Shown: one piece after another, positions 24,576 through 38,302 of the stretch
Numbering within the stretch: position 1 is the first letter of the stretch
How the letters are laid out: every line of letters starts with the position of its first letter
Origin: Lama guanicoe
Lineage: Eukaryota
Assembly: GCA_013239625.1 (NCBI GenBank)
Contig: MU053652.1
Location: 7,587,027-7,651,026 of the forward strand
Direction: 5' to 3'
Length of the DNA stretch: 64,000 bases
Position numbers and translations under genes: made by a program
Notes under the pieces: generated by a model
The model's input: only the letters and a program-made list of their open reading frames with translations
Databases searched by the model: none
Told to the model about the DNA's origin: nothing

Positions 24576-25947
24576 TTTTCTTTCTGTCTGTATGTTTTCA
24601 ATCGTACATAACTTCCTTTCTGCAGGAAGGCTGAACTAATGTCTCAATCATCTCTTAATATGAAGACTCCAGAACATGGACTTTTTAAAATATCACAGGT
24701 TTATTAAACACCAGAGTAAAATTAAAAATTGTGTTTTTTTAAATCACAGGAAAAGCATTAACCTGAAAACCCTTTAACGTGGTGAAGCACAGCCCAACTC
24801 TTCTGGATGTTTATTACAAACAACAGTAACCATCCTGGCAAAGGGAATCCAAGAGAAAGAACCTGAGTGCCAGAATCCCACCCCACGTTGATGGGCCAGA
24901 CAGTGCGCAAGAGAGGAGGAAGGAAGAAGTCTCAGTGCAGTCCTCCAAGAATTCTGGCTCAGACCCACACCACGGAAGAATACACTCTTCCCCGTGCCTT
25001 TCTGATGTTGGTGTTCATGCATCACCCTGTCTAGATTTACTTTTCTGGACTTCAGAGAGATATGATTCTCTGAGAGTATCCTGGTGACTTCTGATACTCC
25101 GCCGCTGCCTGCACTCAAGAACAGATAGAATCTGAAATATTTCACATCAAGTTCACAGTGGAAGTCAACTATGTCACTATGTGTAATATTGAATTTGGGC
25201 AATACTAACTAAGGTTTTCAACACAGGAAACAGTCATATTGGAATTGATTGTTTTATGATTAAAGACTAAGAAAATGGAGGATATGTAAAAGTATAATGC
25301 TAGCTTAAAAAATGGAAGTAGCAATATTAACTGGTTATTTTAAAGTTTAAAATGATTCAGATTACTCGGGCCAATGTTGAGAATTTTCAGATATTGGACT
25401 TAAGCAACATCTTATATCCAAAATCATGTAAATCATTTAATTTTTGTTAGCATTTGCCATGGTGAAAGAACTTAAATGTTTTAAGAAATAAAAGCAAATA
25501 TTACTTATTATGAATGTTTTGGATTTCCTGAAATCATCTGAATTTTATATTAAAAATCCTTAGTTTTCTATTAGAAATCTTTTATCTAAAAGGAATTTAA
25601 AATAGATATTTATGACTTGACTTATTTGATGATAAATTTTTAAAAAAGGGAGAAGGGGAAGAAAATGTATTCTCAATTTTATATGTGTATTATGTATACA
25701 TATATAATGAAAAGGGGAAGAACACGTTCCAAATTATATGTATATATGTATGTATTGTAGGTATACACACGTGTGTTTGTGTGTACAGACACACAGGTTT
25801 CCTGATTGAAAGAATTTGTAAAATTATGTCAAATATTCTTAGAAAAAGAAGTAGCTATTTGTTAAGTAGAATTATAAAATCTATTAGCTTTATAATTATC
25901 TTTTATATTTAAAAAGTGGATGTCAGCAGTCTGCTACCCAAAAAAGG

Positions 25948-26225
25948 CACTGTGATGCTCTGAAGATGCTACAGACCTTGGGACTAAACAGAAGTGAACC
26001 TGAGCCCTCTCTAGCTCCTAAATCTGTCGGTCAGACCTTGGCTGCATTACTTAACCTCTTTCTCTCCCCTCCTTTCCCCTCCCCACCAGGAGGCTTCTCT
26101 CCTCCCCTCCCATTCTCTTCTCCCCCCCCCAACGTAGAATTTTTGGAAGAGAAAATGAGATAAGGTGTACAAAATGCCCAACACATAGAGGGCACTAAAC
26201 ATGTCATATGTATCGTCAAATACTT
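25948..26225 (+). mobile_element. MIR with an internal C/T-rich tract (about 26056-26130)
   Basis: 'gaccttggctgcattacttaacctct' ... 'aaatgagataagg...acacatagagggcact'. Confidence 0.65.
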
Positions 26226-26479
26226 GTAAAAATTATCATTGGGCTGCTTTTCTTTCCCCAGGGGCCTTGATGAAGCTCGAAGAGGAGACTGAAAGACAAG
26301 GAAGCAGAGCTCAGCATCTGACAGATTCAAGAACTAAAGAAAGAGCTGGGTGGAACACATAGTAAGCAAACAGAGAGATTATAGATTTGTATAATGAAAT
26401 ATCTGTTAGCTATATGAAATGTAAAGGTATGAAGTGCTCCAAAGAACAGAAGACGTTTGTCAGACTCGCACAACAAAAA

Positions 26480-26775
26480 AACTCGACTCCACGTGGCTTA
26501 TGAGAAGGTTGGCAAGACTGCAGGTAATGGGAACTCTCATATTCCGCTAGCAGGAGCGTAAAATAAAACAACCGATTTGGCAAAATGATTTCATTCTATG
26601 TTTTGAAATTAAACGTAAGCCTACCCTTGGATGCAGCAATTTCCCTCCTTTTGTTTCCACCAACAAAACTGTGAGTATACACTTACTCATAACAGCCAAG
26701 CACTGGAGAAAAAAGCAGACTACAGACTTAGAAATTAGGATCATGTGCACCTGCGGAGTGATTAAACGGGAATGC
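26480..26775 (+). mobile_element. Old L1ME ORF2 3' fragment
   Basis: 'atgggaactctcatattccgctagcaggagcgtaaa...gcagcaatttccctcc...cataacagccaagcactggaga'. Confidence 0.6.
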
Positions 26776-27872
26776 TCCCCTCATAATACGTTATTGAGAT
26801 ATATAATAAGTATATGTTCTTTTTTATGCATGTTATTCTTCATTAAAACTACTTTTAAAATTGAACATAAATGGTTAAATTGATAGTTTAATCAAAAAGT
26901 GCAGAAATAAAGTAAAAATATTACCGATAAGTCAGGGCATGCATTTTGAGCTGCCTGGTGTGAGTCGGGTGGCAGTCCTTTTTGCATTTAGTTTTGTTTT
27001 GTTTACACAATAGAAACTCTGGCGCAACCCAACAGGAGACATTCGAACAAGAGTAGATAGGGTAAGAGATGCAGACAATTGCTCTGTGAAACTATGTATT
27101 GTTTGTATAGAACTAAGTGGCCTTTGGAGAAGTGAAGCTAGAGGCTAGATCTTACACAAAAACCAAAGAATAAAACAGACTTGATAATAATTACCAATGA
27201 GCGTGCATCTGATCAGCAGTATTATACACATCCCGTACATCTAGCATGTTGAAAAGCCACATATAAAGCTGGACTTACAGAAACGCGCCATAGAGCCATG
27301 TTTTCCAAGAAGAGGTATTTTCAAACGAGCACTCAAACTGGGAACTCATGCATACTTAATTTCTTCGGCATTCCTAACTAAATAATACATTTTAAGTGAT
27401 TAAATAATTTTTGTTTTATTAGCAAAGAGTTGCTTTTAACTATCTCTTTTAAAAGTCGGATATTTCCCTTAAAAAATATTTTAGCTTCTCTTTCCCAGGA
27501 ATAGGCTGTCACTTTTAGTTTAAATAGGTATCTGTTCACATTACACCCCACAAGAAGCCTCAGGCTTCTTGACAGAGCTTGCTCCCTGACAGAGCTTCAA
27601 TTATTTCACTATTGAAAACAACTAAAATGTTCATTCCTTCTTTCTTTTTCAAAAAAAAAGTCTATAGTCATCTGTGACCACTAAAATCTCACCAACAGTC
27701 GCTGTACAGTGAGCACAAAACCGAGTTGGGAGGTCCCATGTCCTGGGTGGCCTGATCTCAAGCCAAGTGCCTCTGGTCTGCTGTTCATCACAGCACCAGG
27801 CAGGAAACACCATTGTCTTAAAACCCTGCAGAATTTGATTTTGATTCTCTGGGTTTAAAAAATTAATGCTTT

Positions 27873-27898
27873 TGTGTGTGTGTGTGTGTGTGTGTGTG
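27873..27898. repeat. (TG)13 microsatellite inside a MIR (about 27820-28075, +)
   Basis: Directly visible; followed by MIR core 'gccttggaaaaattatttagcct...tctataaaat'. Confidence 0.9.
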
Positions 27899-28149
27899 GC
27901 CTTGGAAAAATTATTTAGCCTTAGTCTTTGGATTATTCTATCTATAAAATAAAACTAAACACCTCCAAATTTGTTGCGAAGATTATATAAGAGAATCCAT
28001 GAAAAATGCTTACTATAGAGACTGGTATTTAGTAAACACTAAATAGGTGTTAACAATTACTATTTTTATTATATTATCCTTCTCTATGCATTCTGATATT
28101 TTGTGGCAGCTGTACTTCACCAGATTCATTGATATTTTATTCTTCACTT

Positions 28150-28590
28150 GTAGATTAACAAAATCTTTAAAAAATGTTTTCCTGTTTTCTTCTATGTCAG
28201 AACATCTTTGATTGTATGCTGGTTATTGTGGAATGTGTTTTTTTTGTAGGAAGTTTTAATTGTATCATCTTCCTCCAAGAATTCTGAGTTTTGTCCTAGC
28301 AGAGTTGGCAGATCATTTTTTTGCTTGGTTAGGCTCAGTTTTATTCTTGGTTAGGGCAGGTCTACTTTGGACTTAGTCCTATGGCATGCCCCTTATTCCA
28401 GAGTAGCCTTTCTGGGATTTTAATTGAAAGTACCTGGTGTGGTCTCTTCACTCCAGCTGGCTTGGAACTCTGATGTCTCACTGATGCGCACGACCTCTGA
28501 TATAAGATGTACTTCTCAACCCTGCTGCAGACAGGCGATCTCTGCCGGGCCTCACTGAGTCTCGCCCTAAGTGTAGACAGCATAACCACA
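28150..28590 (-). mobile_element. Ancient L1ME 5'/ORF1-region (or HAL1) fragment
   Basis: 'ctgagttttgtcctagcag...ttagggcaggtcta...ggtctcttcactccagctggcttggaactc'. Confidence 0.55.
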
Positions 28591-28729
28591 AAATCTTCTG
28601 AATATGTTCTCCTGAATTGAGTGGGTGATTCAACTCATCAGTTATGCTATATTCTTATTGTTTGGTCGATAAACAAATCAGTATTTCCTTGCATTATAAA
28701 TTCTGACAGGACAGGCATTGTGTTCCTTA

Positions 28730-28860
28730 GCTCACCTTCATTCATTCATTAATTACTTAGAAAGTATCTATTATGGACCACAAGGAAGACAGGAATACTA
28801 TAGCATCAGTTGTACGCTAAAGGATCTTACAATCCAGAGGGAGAAGCAAAAATATGTGAA
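28730..28860 (-). mobile_element. L2 3' end
   Basis: 'ttcattcattcattaattactta...aaggatcttacaatccagagggag'. Confidence 0.55.
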
Positions 28861-29286
28861 ACCCATTCATGAAAGGATGATAGAAATTGATTCACAAAAG
28901 CTAAAAGCTGAGAGTCAGCCATTTTATGGTTGGAAAAAGATTCCAAAACTAAAACCCACTATTTACAAATGACCTCCTGATCCTCCTCTAAACCTGGCGC
29001 CTCTGCCTACGGTTGACTCAGTCCTTACTTCCTGACTCGTCTTTTTAGCTTTTCCAGCTGCTTCAGCCCTGCATCTTGCTTTGGAGTCATGGCATGGACA
29101 GCATTTGCTACATTGCCTTACTCAGCATCTATTTCCCGCATTTTCTGGTAATAGCTTCCCTTATAATGAAAAAATGGAAACATAAATTCCCCAAAGTCTG
29201 GTGAGAAGAAGCAGCCAACTAAAAGAACTCAGTTTCCAAAGAAGAATCAGAGTTTCTATATTAGTTACTTTTATGTTAATAGAATA

Positions 29287-29972
29287 TTTTTTATTTGTGA
29301 TAAGATACATAACATTAAAAGTATTTTAACCATTTGTAAGTGTACAGATCTCTGGCGTTAAGTATATTGATATTATTTGGAAACCATCATGACCAGTCAT
29401 CTCCAGACTTTTTCATCTTCCCCAACTGAAACTCTGTACCATTAAACACTAACTCCCCGTCCCAACACCACCAACCCTGCAACCACCATTCTGCCTTCTG
29501 TCCCTACAAATTTGAGTAGAATCATATGCTGTTTGCCCTTTTGTGACTGGCTTATTTCACTTAGTAAAAAGCCTTAAAGTTTCATCCATGTTGTAGCATG
29601 TGTCAAATTCTCTTCCCTTTTAAGACTGAGTAGCATTCCATCGTACGCATGCACCATATTTTGTTTATCTGTTCATCTGTCAGTGGATCCTTGGATTTCT
29701 GTCTACCTTTTGGTTATTGTGAATAATGCTCCTATGAACATGGGTGTACAAATACCTATTTAAGTCACAGCTTGCATTTTGGGGGTATATACTCAAAAGT
29801 GGAATTGCTAGATCATGTGGTAATTGTTTCATTTTTTGAGGAATAGCCAGAGCATTTTCCACAGTGGCTGCACCACATTTCATTCCCACCAACAGTGTAC
29901 GAGGGTTCTAATTTCTCCAACATCCTCTCCAACACTTGCTTTGGTTTTTGATACTAGGCATCCTATTGGGTG
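29287..29972 (-). mobile_element. L1MB-type 3' end
   Basis: 'tcatcttccccaactgaaactctgtacc', 'ttgtgactggcttatttcacttag'. ORF 29680-29892 (LPHDLAIPLLSIYP) is ORF2 C-terminus-like. Confidence 0.9.
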
Positions 29973-32479
29973 AATAATCAAACATTTTTCATACAGGTAG
30001 AGACACAGTATAATTTTTTACCTCAGAACATATTTGTATAAAGATGCATAAATATAACAAAAATCAGTAAATCTACCTTGCTATTTTGTAAAACTTACAT
30101 GCTAATGTTCTGATAGTTTTATGATTTGGTATTAGGCAGTTGTTGTTATTTTATATATTTGTTTTTATTTTTCATGGATGTTTCTGGGGTCAGTCTAGTT
30201 TTAGCATGAAATAGAGTCACAATCCCGCTCTTATTTCACAGAATACTGGAACAGGAAGGACCCTGAAGTTCATCTGTTGCTAATCCAACCAGCTTATCTT
30301 ACAAACCTGTGGTTTTGAATCACTCAGAATAAGGAAAGGAGGCAGCACAATCAGGAGGCTCCCTATTCTGAGTCTTGCCCTTGGGGCTTTTTTCATTCAC
30401 ATTCATAGCACATCATTAAGTAGAGATAGGGGTACATGGGCTCAGGCAGAAAAAGACAACACGTCTAATTTTGTTAACCTGCTATTTAGCATCTATGTCT
30501 ATTAGGCAGAAAGAAAAGCTTAATGTATAATTAGATCTTCACCTTCCTGGAACACACAGACCTAAACCTGAGATTCTGAGTGCCTGAAGATGCATTCTAT
30601 AAGAAGGTTCATGGTGATAATGCACATTCCATTGGTCTGAAAAGCTTCATTAAAATACTGTCCAAGGCTTGTCCATAACGCTGAGGCCCTGACTGAAGTA
30701 AGAGATAGGTTCCTGAAATCCATTCTATTATAACACATATTTCAGTTCATAAATCCAAGCTCTTTCTGGATACACGCCCTCCCCTCCCCAAAGGCTGTCC
30801 TTCACTTCCTCACTAAATTCGCTGGAGTGACACTGAACCACCCTCTCCATCTTTCACCTGCCTCCCCACCGAGGTGGTAAATCTCCATTTCCCTCCTGAG
30901 TACTTGACACTTGGTGGCCCTCCCTCTTCTGTGATTACAATGCTCTCTCAGCCTTTTATAACTGGAATTTCTGATTATGCCAAAATCTGTGCAGCAAAAC
31001 CCACATAAAAACTTGCTAATTTCTTTTAATCTCATAAGTGGGCCTTGCTTTAAAAAAATGATTTTAATGGACTTCATCTTGGAAGGGCAATGCTGTGTCC
31101 TTTTAATGTTAACAACACACTGATCACTTGTCCCAGTCCTGCCCATTTATGTTGAAAAGTCGTTTTAACCCTGGGAAGGCACCTGTGCCTTTGGAGTGAG
31201 CACTTAATGTCTAAGAAGCTTCATTAAGCTTCCCTAGGGATATTCTGTGTTTACCTTGATTCTAAATATGGTGAGGACAGCAATCCAGGCTCCAAACATA
31301 TGGACTGAATGGAAAAATGTTTTCTTGCAGGGAAATAATGTCAACTTGAACTACAGATTATTTGTCTCTTATACTTTATGAGGAAAACAAAGGCTATGTA
31401 AGTCTTGAGGATCTAAATACACATGCTGGCAACAGGGCAGGTGAGAAGGTAGGGTACCAGATACCCCAGACTATGTAGTTTCCCTCAAGTACTTTACATT
31501 TTATGATTAATTTTCCATTGGTATTTTTAAATAACTTGTTTGCATGATTGCTTGATGCTCTATTATACTTTTAAGGAAATAGTTTCTCTTAACTGATCTG
31601 AATCTTGGGGAGAAGAAAATCATAATGCTTATTTGCAAAATGCCAGAATTCTAAAAAGCACATTTGTGACTCCATGTTTAAACCAGTGTTGAAACTGAAT
31701 ATAGGTATTCAAGTTGACTTGAGCATAGCCTGTATTTGTACTGGGAAGCATTTCTCAAGTATTATATTGCTAAATCAAAGAAAATAAAAACGAAATACTT
31801 TCAATTTCTTGAACATATCAAGTTGCTTTATTTAAATAAGGCAACCTTCTCTGCCACAGGAAAAAAAAAACTCTGTTCTTTGAAATTTATATATTTTGTA
31901 GGAAAAATGATCTGCCTAGCCTTGAACTCGGCACCACATCCACTCTTGGCACAACATCCAACTTCCTGGAAAATAAGGATTTGTAATACTTGAGAATAGA
32001 CCTCTGACTCATTTTATTCATTATGTCTAGAGCAATCAATGCTAGATAAGAGAAGAAGACAAAACTTCCATCCTCCCTCCAAATCCTCCAATTGTAAATA
32101 CACACTAAGAGTGTTCTCAGACACACAGGACATAGTTAATTACAGGACAGTATCTGTGACGTGCTCTTGCTCATCACAGAAGGGCTCTCACAGGCCAGGT
32201 AAGAGAGAACGGGAAATGGAACTCTAAGAACAGGGTGCCTAAGCTTGCTGCGAGCCGTAAGGGTACCAAAGTCAATGACACAGTCCCTGATGTCATGGAG
32301 CTTACAGTCTTGCAGTGCTTCGTTAAGTCTGCAAAGTCTATTGTATTTGGGGATATCTGTACCTGCCATAATGATGCTAGAACAGAAACATCATTAAATA
32401 AATACCATGTCTCCCATGCTGACCTCACTGTAGCCAACAGTGAATTTGTATCACAGTCTGAAGACTCATGTACATTTGC

Positions 32480-32780
32480 ATCTCCATGCCTTTATACATG
32501 TCTTCCCATCAATTATATTGCCTTTAGCTCTTTTGATCCGCCTGGTTATTCCTTAAGGATAGTTAATCGTATGCATAGCATTTGTACATAACTTCATAAC
32601 TGCAGTCATCAAATTATATTTTAATTACAAGTAACATTTGTCTATGGTCTTCCATTTTTAAAATTGTCTGCCTGTCCTCCAATACACACACACTTGACTC
32701 TAAGCAACATGATGGAAAGGATCTTAACTGTCTTGTTCTCCACAGCCCAATCCTGTTGCAATGTCTGGGACAGAGGAAGC
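32480..32780 (+). mobile_element. L2 3' fragment
   Basis: 'gactctaagcaacatgatggaaaggatc...tgtcttgttctccacagcc...tgtctgggacagagg'. Confidence 0.6.
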
Positions 32781-33419
32781 CATTACTAGTTCCTTGCATC
32801 AGTTTCTGTGGAAGCAAAGTCTGCTATTCATTCTATGAAGCATATAAAGCTAGTTATCCTCAGGAAACACCAGGCTGGTGGAGAAGACATAAATACAACA
32901 CACTAATTATAATACTAGATGACAATTATTCATGGCTTCCTATGGTAGAAAGATGCTAAAGCAGATTAAAAGAGGTAAAAATATAGATAAGGTCTCAACC
33001 TAAAGAGGAGTTATCTGCCTGACCTCTTGAGCGGTGGAATCAAGTCAGTATCGGTAGTGAGAGCTGGCAGGCTCCTGTAGGGCTTCCCCGATGTTCTGTC
33101 AGCTTTCTTCATTGAATCCTCTTCATAAAGATTTCCTTCCACACCCTTCCACTTCTCATACTCATTGATCATCTCTTGTTACCTCTTTCACCCTCACCAG
33201 AGCATCCACAAATAGCAAAGTGTATTGGTAGAATGAACACAAACTGGGTTATCAGAACCAAGATACTACAGAGCAAATTATTTGTTATTAAAAAAAGCCA
33301 CTTTGGGAAGAAATGAAAATTAAATCAATGGGAATTGCCTTTGCTACATATTCTGCTGCCTGGAACAAAACAGAAAAAGGAAGAAAGTGCATTCAAGACC
33401 TAGGAAATAGCGTGTGTGA

Positions 33420-33690
33420 CGGCGTGGAAGAATAACTGCAGTGAAATCTCTAGGCGGTGATTCATGAAGCCTGGAACAGAACCGAAAGGGGAGTGCTGGG
33501 GCACAAGCCTGGGAATGCAACCAGATGATGGAATAGGTATTCGGGTTTCATTTGGTTGCCAACAGGAGCCATAAGATAAAAGTTGAGTTATGCGGTGATG
33601 CAATCTGACTTGTGCTTTGAAAGAAAAACTGGCAGGAGTGTGGAGGGTGGACTGGAAGGAGGAAAAGAGTCCAGAAGCTTTTTGCACGAA
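33420..33690 (-). mobile_element. L2 fragment
   Basis: 'aacaggagccataaga...caatctgacttgtgctttgaaagaaaaactggcaggagtgtggagggtggactggaagg'. Confidence 0.65.
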
Positions 33691-34912
33691 TTCACATAAA
33701 ATGTCATGAATTCCCTATCTATTTTGTATACCCTGGTATAAAGTAGGTAATCAATTAAATATTTTTAATCAAATAAGTATACTAGAACATGAAGTTCCCC
33801 CATAACAGAGATCAATGCACTGCACTTACATTATTTAAACCATTTAAAACTAAAAGGTGATAAGAGTTATTCTTTGATAAAGAGGGAGTCAGAAGCTATG
33901 TTCTGTTAATTTTTGTTCCTTTTATACAATTCCTATATGCAGATTAATATTAAATTGCTGACCACAACCCTCTTCATCTACATCGGCAGCCCTGTCTGTA
34001 ACATCTCATCTGACATTTAGAATTCATTGCATATCATTTCAGCATAATGTAAAAATTCTTAGACAATCTGGACATTCAAGGCTTCTAATCATGATTTTCA
34101 TGAGGTCTCAACAAAAATCTATTTGCAAAATGTCATAGAGTTAAGTCTCAACATTGGTATGCCATTGTTCTGCGTTCCTCTGTAAAATGGGAACGTGGGG
34201 ATTAACTAAGTTAAAATTGATATAAACACTGAGTATTATCACCAGAATATTAAAAAGCAGATGGACTAACATATGTGCTTAATTTTAATTGTGCTAAAGA
34301 TAGTACCTAGTAAGATGCTCAGAGCAAAGTGTTACCTTAAAATATCATTGAACATGTTTATGTATTTTTCTTTTATATATTTAATTCTACTTTGAATTTT
34401 CTACCCATCTGTTGACAAATTTGATAAATGGTAGCAATGGATAGGTTTTCAATGCTTTAATTCAAATAATCACAGAGCATCACATTCAAATCCAACTGCA
34501 TTTCCAGTGCAGAGATCTCTTCTACCACTTTCCTGACAAAACCACATGGACACTGCTCGGAAGGAAGAAGTAGGGATTCACTCTTTCGTGAAGCTGCCTG
34601 ACTTTGAACCCTGTGCTCTACTGAGTAGCTTGCCCGTTCAGTCCTCTCATTGCCGTCTGAAGCAACACAGCCTGCAGGTTTTTCATCACAGCTCTTCAGA
34701 TATTTTAACTATAGTTGCTATGTTTGCCCTCAGCCTGGATGCTGCCGCAATAGTTCAGGGTTGAGTTAACAAGGCTGTGAGCTGGAGTGAGACTCCTGGA
34801 AGAATAAAAATGAGCCATCATAAAGAGTGAAAATATTTGTTCCTTTTCTAGATGTGGAGGTGAAGGAAGTTAAAGATAACCCCAAAGCATACAGAGTTTC
34901 AACTGTGACCAA

Positions 34913-35012
34913 GTATATATATATACACATACATATATTTATTTATATATATGTATGTGTATATATATACACACATATATATGTGTGTGTGTGTATATAT
35001 ATATATACACAC
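34913..35012. repeat. Compound (TA/CA/TG) microsatellite with nested palindromes
   Basis: Directly visible. Confidence 0.95.
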
Positions 35013-35839
35013 CATTGATAGAGATAGAAACTTGGGAGCAAGTTAACAAGATGTGAAATTCTCTTAGAAGAGGGGACAGAACATCCCATGAAACTTAATT
35101 CTTTCTGTGATTGAGTTGACTGAGAAGTGGAATTATTCTTGAAGTGGAAAACGAGGATCTCCCTAGGTTCCAGGGCTCACTTGGGTGTGAGTTGTGCTGT
35201 ATCTGAGCTGCTGTTTCTAGTATGACCCGAGTCAGGTATTCTGTACTGTTCTGAAGCCAGACTCCATGGTGTCCTGTGAAACTGTCTCCAGGAACAAGAA
35301 ACCCCGAGTTCCTCCATAGAACAGAAAAGCGAAACTCCCAAGTTTGTGTCCTCATTTAAAAATTAGTTAACAAGACTTTTGCTCAAAGTCTACATTATCT
35401 AAATCCTAAAACATGCTTGATGTGCAGTTTCAGAGGCCTTAGAGAACCATCAGGTTTTCCTGCCCAGGTGGTTTCACATATTACTGTAATCAGCCTCCCT
35501 GGGCCAATGTAATTAGGCAAAATTAGTTGATACCTTTCTTTCCTGGCCAATTCCCCTGGAGTCATTTTACTTTGAAGTTTATTGTCTTGCTCTGGCATTA
35601 ATATTTAATTATAAATACAGAATTCCTAGGAGAATTCATTAAGAAATGTCTACAAAGTACTTTTTAAAAACCTATGATGAATGCGCTATACAGCACAGAG
35701 TGAGGAGGGAGGTATCTGGAGTCAGCAAGATTAGCTGAACCAGGCCTGATGATCAATTTAGTGACAGATAAAGAAATAAGGGGAACAATTAAGCCAGTAA
35801 AACTTTTTAAATGCCTCTAATAACGACCTTGCCAAATTC

Positions 35840-36385
35840 CTGCTGAAAACTCCATGACTGCCTCCCATGAGCCTCCTGGATACTTTGTAAGACTCTCCAA
35901 TATCCTTCTGCCTCTCCTATCTCACCTCTTGCCACTCCAAAAACATTGTGCTGGAGTCAAGTTAGCTTTGCGGTCAAATGCACCTTGTTCTCCAGGCTGG
36001 CTCCACCTTAAGCTACGCTTTACCCACCCTCCTCACCCCACTTCCAAGGCCCATCCTGGACTTGCTATCACAAGTTCATCCTTCGGGTCTCAGATTACAT
36101 GTCTTTTCTCAGTGAAGCTTCTCCTTAAATTTCTTTATACTGCACTAGCTGAGCTGTCATTCCAGCCTTTTCTCTTCTAACACTTCTAGTATGATAGTAA
36201 GAGCTCTGTGCTGCTATTCCTGTTTGGACTGCTTCCCTCCCACCTGTCCTAGACTGGAAGCCATGTAGGTCTCCTTTCATCTTTATTCCCCAAGAATTTA
36301 GCCCTCTGTCTGGCAAAAAGTAGGGTTCCAGTAAATATGTGGTACGTGAATAAATGAATGAGTGAGAAAGTGAATGAATGAATTG
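35840..36385 (+). mobile_element. L2 3' part with (GAAT)n tail
   Basis: 'ctagactggaagccatgtagg...tctggca...cagtaaatatgtgg...tgaataaatgaatgagtg'. Confidence 0.75.
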
Positions 36386-36427
36386 CTAGAAGAATGGCAC
36401 TTAAAAAAATCAACCTGTGCCTTAGAA

Positions 36428-36452
36428 ACACACACACACATGCACACACACA
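36428..36452. repeat. (CA)n microsatellite
   Basis: Directly visible. Confidence 0.9.
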
Positions 36453-37149
36453 CTTAATGTTTTCTTGAGTTTCAAGTATCTTTCTGCTATTGGAAATTAA
36501 ACTTTATGCTTTATACAGGAAACAATTTTTATAGTGTTCTGTTCTGACACTTAACATTAAAATAATTGAATTCTGAAAAAAAATCAGCCAACTAATCAAC
36601 ATTTATAGGGACTCTATTAAATGCTTTACTCTGTAAATTAAAGGTTTTCTAGCTCTAAGCTAGTTAGGATGAAGAACAGAAGTTGAGCACTTTCCGTGAT
36701 GTCTTAATGTTTACGAAACAGTGTAACAAGTTTGGCATCGAAATACCAACTGCTTATCACAAAATCATTTCCCCACAGTTCCTGCAATATATGTGTCACT
36801 TGTTGTAAGAATGGTCTTCTCACCATTTGAGACTTCCCTTCTCCCCTATACTTCCTTTGGTTCACCTCAGTGCTTAAACAGGCAGAAGTCTAACTTTTGC
36901 ATGATTTTCTTGCAAAAAGTTGGTTTTTGTGGCTCAAATAGAATATGCAGAAAATTTTTCTTAAATTTTGATATATGAATAAGGTCCTAGTGATTTTATA
37001 GTCCATCTAACATCACTATAATCCAGGAACACGAACTAGAATCTCAACTTCATCAGTCATCAGGATTGCAAAAGGGACTGGATGAGAGATGTCTAGTGAT
37101 GCAAGAGAGGATGCTTTGTAAGTCATAAATCACTATGTAAAGTTTAATC

Positions 37150-37500
37150 ATATATATTCCTTAGTGCTTAGAAATATTTCAAAAGAGAATGTGGAGATCT
37201 TTCCAACATGGAAGGATTTGATAGTTTGAAATTATTGAGATTTGGTTATTGGTAAAGATAAAGAATGAATAGCAGTGTTAGGATGAAGGACATGATCACT
37301 AGGGAAAAGTAGGTCAAGCAACCAAGAGGGCAGAACATCAGAAGGATTCTCTAAGTCAACATTGAATTTCATTAAGAATTATGACAGATAAAATTGGAAA
37401 GCATGTCAGTGAACCTGGAATGAAGTACAAGAGCAGGATGGCTTAGAGGTTGGTGATAAAACTCGGAGAAGAAGCGGATAGGGAGAAGTAATGCTTCTGA
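37150..37500 (-). mobile_element. L2 ORF2 (endonuclease-region) fragment
   Basis: 'aggtcaagcaaccaagagggcag...cattgaatttcattaagaattatgacag'. Confidence 0.6.
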
Positions 37501-37899
37501 AACTACTTGTGTATTATTAAGCAAGACATCCATCTAAATACATGGGAAAAATAATTCAGAGAGGTGCATCTGTGAAGACAGCATGGATACATGTTTGGCG
37601 TTCACAGGGTCTGTACAATAACTCCACCACAGTCTATTTTTGACAAGTAGGGAGTTACTGTATCAAGCTCAATTTGATATCCCAAGTGAATTATTTAAGG
37701 AGATTAGAGAAGGTGCTCCAAATTGGAGGACATTTGAATTGATCCTTGAATAAGACTTTTTCACTCTGTGCCCCTTCTTTCGTAATTTTTAGGTATTCTT
37801 CTAAAATCTGAATGTGAAAAAACTTCTTTTTCTTTGGTTTCTTTAAATACCTCTATTCTGTATTTTGTTTTGTTTTTTTCTTAACTGGAATTGTTTCAA

Positions 37900-38302
37900 G
37901 AGTATGTTCAGAATTTCAATGTCACTTTTTAATGATGCTCTAATCTCTGTTCCCAACCAAAAATCACATTTGTACGTGCCTTCCTACAGTAAGGTCTTTG
38001 CATATGTCAGCTTTTTAGTTGTTGGCTTAGTTAATTTTTTCTCATCTTTCAAAGCCCATCTCAAAATATGCCTTCCCCAACTTCCCAGTCCTCAACTAGG
38101 TCAGACACCCCATTAAATGCAGCATGTATCTCTCCTCCTAGCATTTATCAGTATTAGAACTAAAAGTGTCATGCAGCAATTTTTGGTTATTTTCTGTCTT
38201 GACTGCCACTGTCTTCCCAGCACCAAACACAATAATTTGCAAAGAGTTGGTACTCAGAAGGTAATTACTAAATCAGTGAATAGATGTAAGAATGAATGAG
38301 TA
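37900..38302 (+). mobile_element. L2 3' fragment
   Basis: 'ctcatctttcaaagcccatctcaaa...cccagcacc...gtgaatagatgtaagaatgaatgag'. Confidence 0.6.

Noticed and set aside
24774..25202. 142-aa minus-strand ORF or exon
   Set aside because: Non-ATG start, weak acceptor, no matching donor and no recognisable homology
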